A program made the position numbers and the translations under genes. A model generated the notes under the pieces. That model was given only the letters and a program-made list of their open reading frames with translations. It made no database searches and had not been told where the DNA came from. Of a stretch of DNA of 64,000 nt, positions 1-10,827 are shown in pieces (within the stretch, counting starts at the first letter, position 1; the number at the start of each line of letters is the position of its first letter). Origin of the DNA: Diplonema japonicum (taxonomy: Eukaryota; Protista; Euglenozoa: Diplonemea); assembly GCA_964019335.1 (NCBI GenBank), contig OZ025729.1:62001-126000 (forward strand), read 5' to 3'.

Positions 1-478
1 ATTTTCTGTGGAGTCCTAGCTTTCTCTTTCTGACCGTTTCTCTCACTCTTCCCATCCCTCCCCCCATCTTTGTGTAACCAAAATATGCGAGAAAAAAAAG
101 AAAAAAAAAAAAAAACTCGTATTGACGTGAGCAGTTTTCTCGTTCCGGCTGATCTGGGCTACCCATGCGAATCTTGCTCTTCGCATTAGGCCATTATTAT
201 TATTATTATTTTTTTTTTTTTTTTAGGATAAAAGTTTTGTTAGGATTTTTTAAGGATATTGTAATGCCCACGTCCCCAGCGTGCTTCGGGTTTATTCTTT
301 GTACTCCAGTGCACAAAAAAACTTCGGGAGTGGATTTTTTTTTTTTTTTTTTTTTTTTTTTGAAAGGCAATCCTGAGAAATAGCCTTAAAACTTGTATGG
401 TTGGGTATAAAAAAAAAAAAAAAAGAAGAAGCATGTTGCACCCTCTTGGGGGGAGCAGAAAGCCACCTATCCTTGGGG

Positions 479-511
<33 letters not shown>

Positions 512-770
512 AAAGGTGCCGTATTTGGACTTAATATGAAACGGAAAAAGTTTTTCGCCGTTTACACCCGCCTGGTGCCGCAGAGACAAACGGAAAAAAA
601 AAAAAAAAATAATAAACAAACAAGAAATCATCCCCTAGTTTCCTGGAAGAAAGTTCCAAAATCAATCAGTTTTTTGAAATCGAAAAAAGTCATAATTTAT
701 CCGTTTTTCAAACCATTTCTTTTTTGACGTTTTTTTTTCCCAACTACGGTAACCCTAACAAAAAAGAAAG

Positions 771-811
<41 letters not shown>

Positions 812-1251
812 TACTTACTGCCAACAAGTATCGGGTTTATCATCACCTCTCGAGGGACGGTACAGTCGATCCTTGGCGGCTGGTAGGTGGTTTAAGTTCA
901 TGACACTCTGGAATTACTTCACCATCTGAGGCATATTATTTACCCGAACCCCCCCCCCCCCCCCCCGAAGTAATTTCAGAAGAATGAAATAATAATAAAA
1001 ACACACACACACACTTTTTTTCTCTCCCCCCCCTTTTTATTTATTTTTCTTTCTTGTTTCACTATTTTGTTTTCTTGCCGACTACCACTCCAAAGTCAGC
1101 GAGATGCTGTTTTTATTTATTTCACCACCCCTTTATGCACTCCCCCCATCAAATCGTCGTGTATTGCCCCCCCCCCCCCCCCCCCCCCCCCTCTGTTTTT
1201 TCTTCTTTTTGTTGTGCTCCGTCTCACCCATCTACAATTTTGAAGTTTTGG

Positions 1252-1292
<41 letters not shown>

Positions 1293-1293
1293 C

Positions 1294-2226
1294 ATGCACC
1301 CTGTGGTCACTCTATCCACCACCCCTGAGGACAGTACAGTCTACACGGCACTACGGGAACAGTGCCAAGCGGCTTACAAGGTAAGAGTTGAGAGACAGAA
1401 AAAAGGCAGTTCACCGACATTTTGGGTCCCGAGCCGCGACACAGGGAACGAAGAGTGCACCCTCGACAAATGGGCAAGACTCGTGTACAAAGAGATGATA
1501 GGAGAGAAGGAAGGGGGCGCCGAATGGTGGGTTCTAGATCTGGACGGAGACGGCTGTGTGAAATGGCACTGGGACGGCGATTGGGAGTCGCTAGCACTGG
1601 GCCGCACACCTCCTGTTGCTACTGTAACTTATCTAACAACAGGTGGGTGTTGCACATCAGTGGTCAAGGCGAATCAGATGAAGGAAACAGATAGAAGTGA
1701 GAGCTTTTGGCTCTCCCCGCCAGTGGTCTCGAGACGGTTAGTCTTTGATGGTGCGGACCTGCACGGGTCGTTCCCTTCTGTGGGGTTCCCCCCGCACGCT
1801 TCTTGCCGGGTAACATTTCTCGTGAATTGTTGGGTAGGCCACCGCCCACACACGACGTGGTCCTTCCCGCCCGCTGCCATCCCATCTCTCCCGGTGTTCC
1901 CCTTCCCGTTGTCGTTGCTCCCTACATACCCTACCATCCTTCCTACTCGCAGCATCCACCCCACAGCGCTGCCGTTTATACAGCGGCATACTAAGTTCGG
2001 TGGGGAGTGGGCCCGGCACGAGCGGCATTTCGCCAATGCGGAGAGGGGCCGCATTCTCTCGATTGGGATGAAGAAAACTGAAGACGGCGGGGAAGACAGC
2101 AGACCGGAAAACATCGAAAGAACATTGAAAAAAGCCGGGTTGATAGAAGTCCCGGCAACGGTCGTCATCGCAAGCGTCAAGACGCTACTAAAAAAGCGAA
2201 AGAGGCTACGAAAACTACGAGGCTGA
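1294..2226 (+). CDS. 2OG-Fe(II) oxygenase-like protein
   Basis: The motif order GAEWWV...HWDGD...ATVTYLT...LVFDGADLHG...RVTFLVNCW gives an HxD...H facial triad plus a distal Arg. ATG 1294 is chosen because the upstream part of ORF 1054 is translated homopolymer. Confidence 0.65.
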   Translation: MHPVVTLSTTPEDSTVYTALREQCQAAYKVRVERQKKGSSPTFWVPSRDTGNEECTLDKWARLVYKEMIGEKEGGAEWWVLDLDGDGCVKWHWDGDWESLALGRTPPVATVTYLTTGGCCTSVVKANQMKETDRSESFWLSPPVVSRRLVFDGADLHGSFPSVGFPPHASCRVTFLVNCWVGHRPHTTWSFPPAAIPSLPVFPFPLSLLPTYPTILPTRSIHPTALPFIQRHTKFGGEWARHERHFANAERGRILSIGMKKTEDGGEDSRPENIERTLKKAGLIEVPATVVIASVKTLLKKRKRLRKLRG

Positions 2227-2332
2227 AAAAAAAAATTCTCCTCCCCCCCCCCCCCCCCCATTACAAAGAAAAACAATACAAAAAAAGGCGGGAGGGGGAG
2301 GAGGAGGGGAAAAGGGAGGAAAAAAAAAAAAA

Positions 2333-4345
2333 ATGCCCCGGGGATCTAGCAGCCCCGGCACCGGGAACAGCTCAACATGCGGCCTTGGGTTAAATTCACG
2401 CAAAATGCTAGTAGTGGTCGTGTTGTACCTGGCGGTGACGGGGGTGTGGATGCAATATCAATGGGGAAGGAAGGGAAAGGAGACAGAGCTGAAAAGCGAA
2501 CGGCAACTGAGAGACCTCACCGACTCGGTGAACAAGCTTGAGAAACAAGTCCACAAACGAGACGACACTCAGCAGGAACTCGCGCTGCTGATCAAGGAAC
2601 TGGTAAAGATAACTACTGGAAGCCATGATCCGCCTTCAGCCACCTCACAAGAACACCCCATCCCCACACCGAAGAAACCCCTCCCCGCTGTACTCCCACA
2701 GTTCGACAAGGACACCGCACGCAGACCAACATGCCACGTCACAGTAAAAGGCGAACCCTGCAGGTTCCCATTCGTGTACAAAGGAAGCATCAGAACATCA
2801 TGTGTAGAGGGTTGGTGTCCGACAGAGATGGACCTCCACACAGGGGAACCAGTGACAACTGGGAAATGTATTGAAAACATCGAAGATTGCCCCACTGAAG
2901 GGTCGTCCGTCGATGTCCCCGGGTCGTGCGACAAAACCGGGTCATCAGGATGCGACTGTAAGTACAGCAACGGCAAGACACTCCGCATCCCTTGTGGGAC
3001 GGCAACAAGAATTTCATGCACGGATCTGTGCAAGGCAGTCGGCAAACGGTTCACAGAAGGGACGTCTTGGGAGGCAAGACATGAACCGACTATTCAAGAA
3101 TGCCAAAGACTCATATCATCATGGGGCGACCACAAGGGTGTTGAGATCGGATCCGTCCTATCATACCACCCGCCAAGCTACAAGGAACAGCAACACCATG
3201 GTTCCGGGATAGTCATCGCTTCTGGTGGGGAGAGAACCCCATCCGCCGTGTCGAACGCGTTGTTCATCAAAACCGTTTTGAAATCAAGGCTTCCGATTCA
3301 GATCTGGTCGGACTCTGATGAGAAGGAGCCCAGGGGGTTGATGAGGTTGATCGCTGCCGCGCATGACATCACGTTCCACAGGTTCCCCGAAGAGTGCGGG
3401 TACTCAAGGTTCGACTGGAACAACAGGTGGCAAAAGGACAGCAAGAACATCCTCCCAGACCACGCTGGTCGGGTCGTCTTGAAACCACTAGCATTACTCT
3501 TCTCCTCCTTCGAGACAGTTGTGTCCTTTGATGACGATGCCATACCCGCTATCGATCCCATCGACCACCTTACCTACCTGAGCCCGAAAGACCCTGCTAC
3601 CGCCAAACCCTCTGCGATATTCTGGAGGGACATCTGGTCGTTGTGGAAAGACGCGCATATATGGACAAAAATCGGTGTGGATTTCCCTGGTGGGAGGCAG
3701 CGGCACTTCCCATCGCAAGATTCCGGATCAATGATCATCAACAAGGGGCAGGGCAAGGCGTGGGACGCTCTATGCGTCGCGAACTATTTAAACTACCACC
3801 ACAAGGTGTTCTACCCCGCCATCTACAATGGTGGTTACCGGACGGAGAAGAACGGGTTTGAATCCATCGGTGCAGGCGACAAGGACACCTTCCAAGTCGC
3901 GTGGATAATCTTAAAGGAGCCACATCAACTAATGGGTCCTGTGTCATTTGTCGCTCGTGAAGGTGAAGCATGTGGAGGTGCCTTGGGGCAACCTGACCCT
4001 GATGGCACCATTGTCATCCTCCACTTAAACGGGCATAAAATGCGGTATAAGGATTGGGCTTCTGGTCAATGGAAGAAATGGGGGCCTTCTGCAATAGGTC
4101 TGGAGGAGGTTCTTTCGCTTAGAAGACCTGAGGTTCTGGCCAATAGGTACGACGGAAGGGCGCGCACGCAGGTTACGTGGAAAACCCCCGCCCATGGGCA
4201 CAGTTATTGTCTGAAGTGGCACAAACAGGACATTACGAAGCTTTCGGCCCATATTCCGTGGGACATTCAGACCGCCCTTACAGAGCACACCGAGAAAATC
4301 TTCGGCTCCCCTTATGTGACAGAATATATGACGATGGAAAATTAA
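2333..4345 (+). CDS. Type II membrane alpha-mannosyltransferase (GT71, MNN2/MNN5-like) with stem coiled-coil and fibronectin type II domain
   Basis: N-terminal hydrophobic anchor MLVVVVLYLAVTGVW (alternative start 2405). GT71 motifs GIVIASGG, LPIQIW, KPLALLFSSFETVVSFDDD (DxD), AIFWRD, QDSGSMIINK, GDKDTFQVAW. FN2-like CHVTVKGEPCRFPFVYKG...C...WCPT...GKC at about 2732-2870. Confidence 0.8.
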   Translation: MPRGSSSPGTGNSSTCGLGLNSRKMLVVVVLYLAVTGVWMQYQWGRKGKETELKSERQLRDLTDSVNKLEKQVHKRDDTQQELALLIKELVKITTGSHDPPSATSQEHPIPTPKKPLPAVLPQFDKDTARRPTCHVTVKGEPCRFPFVYKGSIRTSCVEGWCPTEMDLHTGEPVTTGKCIENIEDCPTEGSSVDVPGSCDKTGSSGCDCKYSNGKTLRIPCGTATRISCTDLCKAVGKRFTEGTSWEARHEPTIQECQRLISSWGDHKGVEIGSVLSYHPPSYKEQQHHGSGIVIASGGERTPSAVSNALFIKTVLKSRLPIQIWSDSDEKEPRGLMRLIAAAHDITFHRFPEECGYSRFDWNNRWQKDSKNILPDHAGRVVLKPLALLFSSFETVVSFDDDAIPAIDPIDHLTYLSPKDPATAKPSAIFWRDIWSLWKDAHIWTKIGVDFPGGRQRHFPSQDSGSMIINKGQGKAWDALCVANYLNYHHKVFYPAIYNGGYRTEKNGFESIGAGDKDTFQVAWIILKEPHQLMGPVSFVAREGEACGGALGQPDPDGTIVILHLNGHKMRYKDWASGQWKKWGPSAIGLEEVLSLRRPEVLANRYDGRARTQVTWKTPAHGHSYCLKWHKQDITKLSAHIPWDIQTALTEHTEKIFGSPYVTEYMTMEN

Positions 4346-4890
4346 TTATTTGTTATTCGTTTTATTTATTTATTTTTTTCTTCTTCCCCCCCCCCCCCCC
4401 CTTTCCTAAATCTTTTATTTGGTAAAAGAAGTAGAATCTTGGCTTTCTTTTTCTTTTTTAGGGGCGGTCCTGTCACGTACTGCAGGTTCTCTTCAAAGAC
4501 ATTTTTTTTTTCTTTTTTTTTTCTTTTTTTTAAGTGTTTTTGGAAAGGGGAGGGGCAGGGGGGGGGGGGGGGGGTACAAAGGTGTATATGCTTAGTTAAA
4601 CCCCCCCCCCCCCTTCTTTATTTTGATTTTTTTCTTGTTATAAACCCAATAACCTCTGCATTCTTCTTTTTTTTTTCTTACTTCGATTACCTTTTTTTCG
4701 TGGTCGTATTGGGGGGGGGGGGAGAAAAGTGGGGGACCGTTCCAAAGAGTCGGCTGCACAAGTAGAAGCTGGGGATGACAAAAAAAAAAGAAAGAAAAAA
4801 AAAAAAAAAAAAAAAAAAACCTCTCGTTTCTTGCACTGCATCTTCTTCACGCGTTCTGCCCCTCAGGCAGTTAAAAATTACTACAGATGG

Positions 4891-4936
<46 letters not shown>

Positions 4937-5454
4937 CGTTAAACCCCCTCCGTTACAGCTAGGTGGCCTGCCTTTTTGTTTTGTTTTCGCTTCTTTTGGC
5001 CAACCCCCTTTTTTTTATTTCCGATTCATTTGCACACTCCCACATGCACTTCCGCTACTTTCTCACTTCCTTTATGTTGTGGACACTCCTTGGAAGCTGT
5101 TTATGAGATTCTGCGAAAGGTATTTATAAACTCCTTTCTTTTTTTTTCTTTTTTTTTTTTTTTTTTTTTACAACGAGAAGGGATGGGGGTTCTTTTTTTT
5201 TTTCTTTTTTCCTTACCCTCTCTTTTTTTTTTTTTTTTTTTTCCTTCCCGAATTTTCTCGGAACGACAACAAAAAAAAAATGAAAAAAAAAAAAGATCTT
5301 CCCCCCACCCCCTCTGAAAAGAAAAAAAAATGAAAAATATATCCCCCCCTCCCATTCTGTGTTGTTTCCCCTCCTTTTTTTTTTTCCATCCCCATTTTTT
5401 TTTTCTTTCATATCTCCCGCGTGAAAAAAAAAGGGAAAAGAAAAAAAAAAAAAA

Positions 5455-6366
5455 ATGACCCTCAGCATCTTGCTTCCAAAGGACAACCTGCAATCAACAT
5501 GCCTGACCCCAAGGAGGCCACTCCTGACACCGAGAAAGGACACACAACGGGTGAGCAGTTTCACCCCAACCCTGTTATTCCGAAAGATGGAGACAACCCC
5601 AACACGAAAACCATATTTAAGAAAACGTTCAGGAAGCTGTGGTGGGCTACGGAAAGGGCATGCTACTGCACATAAAGGCTGGGACAAGGTAGGCACGACA
5701 GAGCAGCTTCGGGTGGTGAGCACGACCCCAGGCGGGGTGACTAGACGGATAATGACCGCGAGCGACGCCGACAAAATACTCGAAATTCGGGCAGTTTTCG
5801 AAGGGGAATGCAAACCAGCGAATTTTTCGAAATTTTCACACGCTTTTAAACTCCTTTCCTGCTTCGGGTACAGTCTATCGGGGCCGACCTTCAACACCGA
5901 CAAGCAGCGTAATTTGAGCGAAATTTACAGAACCGCCGAGGTAATCTGCTCCTCAACAGCTTCCATCCAATGCGTTGAAGCATTCCAAGTAGGTGTTCTT
6001 GTCACAAGGAACATCCCCGGAAAGTTCGTGAGATTCCCAATATCATTCGTGTCGTCCGCTTTGAAACGGCGCCACCGCCATCTTATTCTTGGCTGCTACG
6101 ACCCATCCAGTAAAAAATGGGGCGCGCTTGGAAAGTCCCGTTCCGAAAAGCTCGGTTCCTCCCCCCTGCGGTATCCTTCCCTTGCGTCCCTTCTCAACGC
6201 ATATGAATCGGCCTACCACCATGAAGGCCATGTTTTGATCGAGACGCGTATCGGGCTTAGCATCACTGACTCTTTGACCTTTGACAGATGGATTTTGCCT
6301 AAGGCTTCGCTTTCTGAAATCCAAGCACGCCTCACAGGTACGTACGGAGGCCGTTCATTTCTGTAA
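5455..6366 (+). CDS. VASH: Vasohibin-like tubulin carboxypeptidase (detyrosinase)
   Basis: IQCVEA (catalytic Cys), RFPISF, HRHLILG (catalytic His), KWGALGKSR and SLASLLNAYESAY...HVL match the vasohibin pattern IKCLEA/RFPISF/RHIVLG/YGALGMSR. Confidence 0.85.
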   Translation: MTLSILLPKDNLQSTCLTPRRPLLTPRKDTQRVSSFTPTLLFRKMETTPTRKPYLRKRSGSCGGLRKGHATAHKGWDKVGTTEQLRVVSTTPGGVTRRIMTASDADKILEIRAVFEGECKPANFSKFSHAFKLLSCFGYSLSGPTFNTDKQRNLSEIYRTAEVICSSTASIQCVEAFQVGVLVTRNIPGKFVRFPISFVSSALKRRHRHLILGCYDPSSKKWGALGKSRSEKLGSSPLRYPSLASLLNAYESAYHHEGHVLIETRIGLSITDSLTFDRWILPKASLSEIQARLTGTYGGRSFL

Positions 6367-6681
6367 GATTGTAAAAATAGGTGTATGTTGTAAATTGTAA
6401 TCTGGTTTTTTTTCTTTTTTTTTTTTTTTTTTTCTTTTTCCATTCTCATATATAATATTCTCTTTTCCGTTTTCGTGAGAAATTTTATTCTGTGCCCTTT
6501 TTTCAAGAAAACCAAACCTAGCTATGTGAACACACACGGCATTCCTGACCGCAATATCTCCGCAATTTCTTTTTTTTTTTTATTCTGAACACTGGTTATC
6601 AATAGCGTGTAACAGAAAGAGTTACGAAGGAAGGGGGAGGGGGGGGGGGGGGGGGAGGTGGCGGAGAAAACAGTCACAACA

Positions 6682-9600
6682 ATGACACGAGATGGCAGTT
6701 TTGTTATGAAGACCACCGTCCTTCTCAGCAGTGTGCACCTCGTGGCATCGCTGCCCACAACGTACCAGGAGGCCCCTACAGAGGCAGACCACACAAACTG
6801 TTTTGATAACCAAGGGTGGTGCAAGTGCACTGCAGGCAAGATGATGACTGGTTTGTTCAAAAGTTCTTGCAATGATCTGTGGTGTCTTGAGAAGTACCAC
6901 TGTGCAAGGCCCGCCGGCAGCACAGGTGTCGGGAGCTGTGTCAGTGTCAGCGTGGATGCTCCTCTCAACAGTGGGAACAACAAAGCTGCCTGCCCGGCTG
7001 GCAAGATGCTCAACGGCATCTACAGAGCTGTTTGCAACGCCCTCTCTTGCATCGACCAGTTCGAGTGCTGTGAGTTCACCCACCCTGACGGTGTGTACAG
7101 CTATGGGGCCGACCAGACTACAAACTGGGTCACCTGCATGGACCCTTGGCACACATGGTGCGATGTCCCCACCAACACCTATATGTCTGGCTTTCACAGA
7201 GCTAGTAGCTCCAATGACCTTAGGGCCATCGACTACGGAGAATACAGGCAACTCACCTTCACTCCCAACCCCACACTCGCACCAGCAACACCAGCCCCCG
7301 CTACGCCGGCTCCTGCAACACCTGCACCTGCAACGCCGGCACCCGCAACACCTGCACCAGCAACACCTGCTCCTGCTACACCTGCACCAGTTACACCTGC
7401 CCCTGCTACACCTGCCCCTGCTACGCCGGCTCCTGCTACACCTGCACCAGCAACGCCGGCTCCTGCAACACCAGCCCCGGCTACACCTGCACCAGTTACA
7501 CCTGCCCCTGCTACAACATCTCCTGCGACACTTGCTCCTGATACACCTGCACCAGCAACGCCGGCTCCTGCAACACCAGTCCCGGCTACACCTGCCCCTG
7601 CTACGCCGGCTCCTGCGACACCTGCACCAGCAACTCCAGCACCGGCAACACCTGCTCCTGCTACAACTGCACCAGCAACGTCAGCTCCTGCAACACCAGC
7701 CCCTGCTACACCTGCCCCTGCTACACCTGCCCCTGCAACGCCGGCTCCTGCGACACCTGCACCAGCAACAGCAGCACCGGCAACACCTGCTCCTGCAACA
7801 CCTGCACCAGTTACACCTGCCCCTGCTACGCCGGCTCCTGCTACACCTGCACCAGCAACGCCGGCTCCTGCAACACCAGCCCCGGCTACACCTGCACCAG
7901 TTACACCTGCCCCTGCTACACCAGCTCCTGCGACACCTGCTCCTGCTACACCTGCACCAGCAACGCCGGCTCCTGCAACACCAGCCCCAGCTACACCTGC
8001 CCCTGCTACGCCGGCTCCTGCGACACCTGCACCAGCAACAGCAGCACCGGCAACACCAGCTCCTGCTACAACTGCACCAGCAACGTCAGCTCCTGCAACA
8101 CCATCCCCTGCTACATCAGCACCGGCAACACCGGCTCCTGCGACACCTGCACCAGCAACAGCGTCACCAGCAACCCAAGCACCTGATACACAGGCACCAA
8201 GCACCCCTGCCCCTGACACACAACCGCCAAGCACCTCAGTGCCGAGCACCTCAGCCCCTGCAACGGCGGCACCAGCAACACCGAGCCCTGACACCTTGGT
8301 TCCTGGGGACACAGGGGCACCAGCAACACCTGCACCCGACACGGCAACACCGACCACGGCACCCGACACCCAGGCGCCTCTCACGGTCGCACCTTCAACA
8401 CCGGCCCCCGATACACAAGCACCGTCGACTCCTGCTCCTGCAACGGTGGCCCCCGACACTCCAGCTCCTGCAACCTCTGCCCCGGCGACAACCGCACCAG
8501 CGACAACCACACCGGCTACCCTCACCCCGGGCACAACCGCGGCACCTCCGACGGGATCACCTCCGACCGCTGTTCCAACAACAGCACCTGACACGGCAGC
8601 TCCTGCGACCCCTGCCCCTGCAACCTTGGCACCCGACACCCTCTCACCTGTGACCCCCTCCCCCCTCACAACGGCACCTTCAACCCTTTCCCCGGCCACA
8701 ACACCACCTCTTACTCAGGCACCCTTGACCCCCTCTCCCCTCACATTAGCCCCGACCACAACCTCACCTGCAACCCAGGCACCTTCCACCTCTTCTCCTC
8801 CCACACTGACTCCTTCAACCTTCACCTTCGCCCCTCCTCCAACCGGAGTACCTCCGACCTTCGCCCCTCCTCCAACTTTCGCCCCGGCTCTTCCTGCGAC
8901 CTCTCCTCCCACCTTCGCCCCTCCTCTCACTTTGGCCCCACCCACCACTCCAGCACCCGACACCCTCGCTCCGGCTCCTCCAACACTCTCCCCACCCACC
9001 TCTGTCCCGACCACGACCACAGCTCCTTCAACTCCAGCACCGGACACGCAAGCACCCGGGACACTGGCACCCACCGGGACAGCAACGTTTTCCCCCGCCA
9101 CGAACCTCCCGGGACCACCAGCAGGGACCTCGGAACCCGAGACAGCTGTTCGGGAGACGGCGGCACCAACCACGGCACCCAGGACCCCTGCCCCCGAGTT
9201 CGACAAGAAGGAGACGATCTCGACGATAGGCGGGGTGACCGCTGGGGCGGCCTCTCTGGGGGCGGCGGGGAGTGCGGCGGCGGCGACGCGGCTGGTGCTG
9301 ATCGCGGATGCGTGTCCGAAGAACGGGGTGAAGCGAAAGTTCCCCTTCCCGCTGCACCCCACGGGGATCTCGGTGCAGGGGAGCGAGGCGGCTGGGGCTG
9401 TGATCGGGAACTTCTCCATCGTGATCGGCTTCACGCTTCTGATGGCGGTGGCCCTCCTCATCTTCCAGAAGGCGGGGAAGCTGTGCCTCCCGGCCCTGTT
9501 CGAGGGGCTGGACACTCAGGGGTGGCTCCGCTTTCCCTCTGTCTCCCTGTTCATCTTCCAGTGGCTGTACCAGGGGACCACCCTTGGATCGATGATCCTT

Positions 9601-10554
9601 CTCATATACCCCTCTGATGCTGGGGAGGTGATTTTGGGGGTCGTCTCCCTGATCCTGTGCGTGGGGGTCCCGCTCCTGGTCTTCCGGGTGGTGTCGCGGG
9701 ATGTGGGGAAGAAGGCAGTGTACAGCATCGACACGGTGAAGAAGGGGAGGCTGTACGTGGCGCTGTGCGGGCCTGGGGAGTGGGTGTCTGTGGGGTCGGA
9801 CGTGCACTGGGTGAACAGGTTCGCGTCTGTGATGAGGTCGTACACGCAGCGGGCGGCCTGGTTCACTGTGATCGAGTTCGCAGGGTCGTTCAGCTTGGCG
9901 GCCTTGGGGACCCTGAACACGGAGTCGTGGGTTGGGTGCGGACACGTGAAGGTTGCGATGTGCATGGTGTTTGCCACGATGGCGGGGCTGGAGGGGGCCC
10001 TGTGGCCGCATGCTCGGGCGAAGGACAACATCGCAGACTTCGTTCTTCTCGGGATGCAGGGGGCCGCCTTGCTCCTCATGGCGGGTGGCTTCTACAAGGA
10101 GAAGGACATCGGGGACGACCAGCTCCACGACATTGCAGGGCTGCTCTTCCTCGTCTCGGGGATCCTCCTCCTTGTGAAGGCTGTCACCGACCTCCTCACA
10201 GAGGCTTTTGTCGTCCTCACGGGGCGCCGCAGGAGGCTTCAGGCGGATGCATGGGCAAGCGAGCAGGACAAGCTGTCGTGGGGCACCTCGTCGTTGCTCC
10301 ATGTGCAGGACCCTGAGCTTGAGATGTCGATGCTCCCTGAGAAAGGGGATACCATGTCCATGACCCACCCTGCGACGGCTTCAGATGTGACTGCTTCTGT
10401 GACTGCACCAACAAGGACAACAGCAACGTCATTCTCCTTTCACACCAACGGGTCCATGAGGTCCACTGGGTCTGCTAGCTTACCGAACATGCGGAGGTAT
10501 CAGTCATCAGCCAGGAGAGAGCTGTTACTTGCGAAAGCTAACGTTGAAATATAG
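6682..10554 (+). CDS. Receptor family member R1: signal peptide, Cys-rich three-repeat head, long PAT(P)A mucin stalk, about 7-TM module, cytoplasmic tail
   Basis: Uninterrupted ORF; first ATG 6682 (alternative 6706). The head has three C..G..M.G..R/K..C..L.C repeats. Stalk about 7261-9195. Seven to eight hydrophobic segments follow PAPEFDKKE, with LHPTG..GAVIGN and GEWV..RF...Y...WF..IE motifs reminiscent of the kinetoplastid DGF-1 C-terminal module. Confidence 0.85.
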   Translation: MTRDGSFVMKTTVLLSSVHLVASLPTTYQEAPTEADHTNCFDNQGWCKCTAGKMMTGLFKSSCNDLWCLEKYHCARPAGSTGVGSCVSVSVDAPLNSGNNKAACPAGKMLNGIYRAVCNALSCIDQFECCEFTHPDGVYSYGADQTTNWVTCMDPWHTWCDVPTNTYMSGFHRASSSNDLRAIDYGEYRQLTFTPNPTLAPATPAPATPAPATPAPATPAPATPAPATPAPATPAPVTPAPATPAPATPAPATPAPATPAPATPAPATPAPVTPAPATTSPATLAPDTPAPATPAPATPVPATPAPATPAPATPAPATPAPATPAPATTAPATSAPATPAPATPAPATPAPATPAPATPAPATAAPATPAPATPAPVTPAPATPAPATPAPATPAPATPAPATPAPVTPAPATPAPATPAPATPAPATPAPATPAPATPAPATPAPATPAPATAAPATPAPATTAPATSAPATPSPATSAPATPAPATPAPATASPATQAPDTQAPSTPAPDTQPPSTSVPSTSAPATAAPATPSPDTLVPGDTGAPATPAPDTATPTTAPDTQAPLTVAPSTPAPDTQAPSTPAPATVAPDTPAPATSAPATTAPATTTPATLTPGTTAAPPTGSPPTAVPTTAPDTAAPATPAPATLAPDTLSPVTPSPLTTAPSTLSPATTPPLTQAPLTPSPLTLAPTTTSPATQAPSTSSPPTLTPSTFTFAPPPTGVPPTFAPPPTFAPALPATSPPTFAPPLTLAPPTTPAPDTLAPAPPTLSPPTSVPTTTTAPSTPAPDTQAPGTLAPTGTATFSPATNLPGPPAGTSEPETAVRETAAPTTAPRTPAPEFDKKETISTIGGVTAGAASLGAAGSAAAATRLVLIADACPKNGVKRKFPFPLHPTGISVQGSEAAGAVIGNFSIVIGFTLLMAVALLIFQKAGKLCLPALFEGLDTQGWLRFPSVSLFIFQWLYQGTTLGSMILLIYPSDAGEVILGVVSLILCVGVPLLVFRVVSRDVGKKAVYSIDTVKKGRLYVALCGPGEWVSVGSDVHWVNRFASVMRSYTQRAAWFTVIEFAGSFSLAALGTLNTESWVGCGHVKVAMCMVFATMAGLEGALWPHARAKDNIADFVLLGMQGAALLLMAGGFYKEKDIGDDQLHDIAGLLFLVSGILLLVKAVTDLLTEAFVVLTGRRRRLQADAWASEQDKLSWGTSSLLHVQDPELEMSMLPEKGDTMSMTHPATASDVTASVTAPTRTTATSFSFHTNGSMRSTGSASLPNMRRYQSSARRELLLAKANVEI
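7261..9195 (+). repeat. Coding 15-nt minisatellite (pentapeptide PATPA/PDTQA/PPTLA) forming the R1 mucin stalk
   Basis: Degenerate tandem units such as CCTGCAACACCAGCA/CCTGCTACACCTGCC. Equivalent arrays lie at about 18931-20643, 24157-25575, 30730-32500, 38680-38980, 52500-53263 and 58503-59266. Confidence 0.9.
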
Positions 10555-10792
10555 TGAATGGTTCGTTACTGATGACTTTTGAAGGACCTTTGTGCATACT
10601 AAAAACAAAACAAAAAAGTTTTTTTAAAGGAAGGAAGGGGGGGGGGGGGGATGAAGAAAAAAAAAGAAGAAAAAAAAACGCACACCAATTTTCTTTAAGG
10701 GGCGTTTCTTTGTTCGGGTGTAATATTTTCTTTGCCCTTTTGTTCAAAGTAAGATATACACGATTTCTATATTAAAAAAAAGGGTGTGTGTG

Positions 10793-10827
<35 letters not shown>

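Noticed and set aside
165-1293. Short poly-K/F/P/G ORFs here and in all spacers
   Set aside because: They are translations of homopolymer runs with no coding signal.
7233-8699. Long minus-strand GVAGA ORFs and alternate-frame Q/H/L-rich ORFs over the stalks and TM modules
   Set aside because: They are shadows of the GC-rich repetitive plus-strand genes and recur identically at each paralogue.
7261-9195. CRISPR-like array
   Set aside because: These are contiguous in-frame 15-nt degenerate units with no unique spacers and no cas genes.
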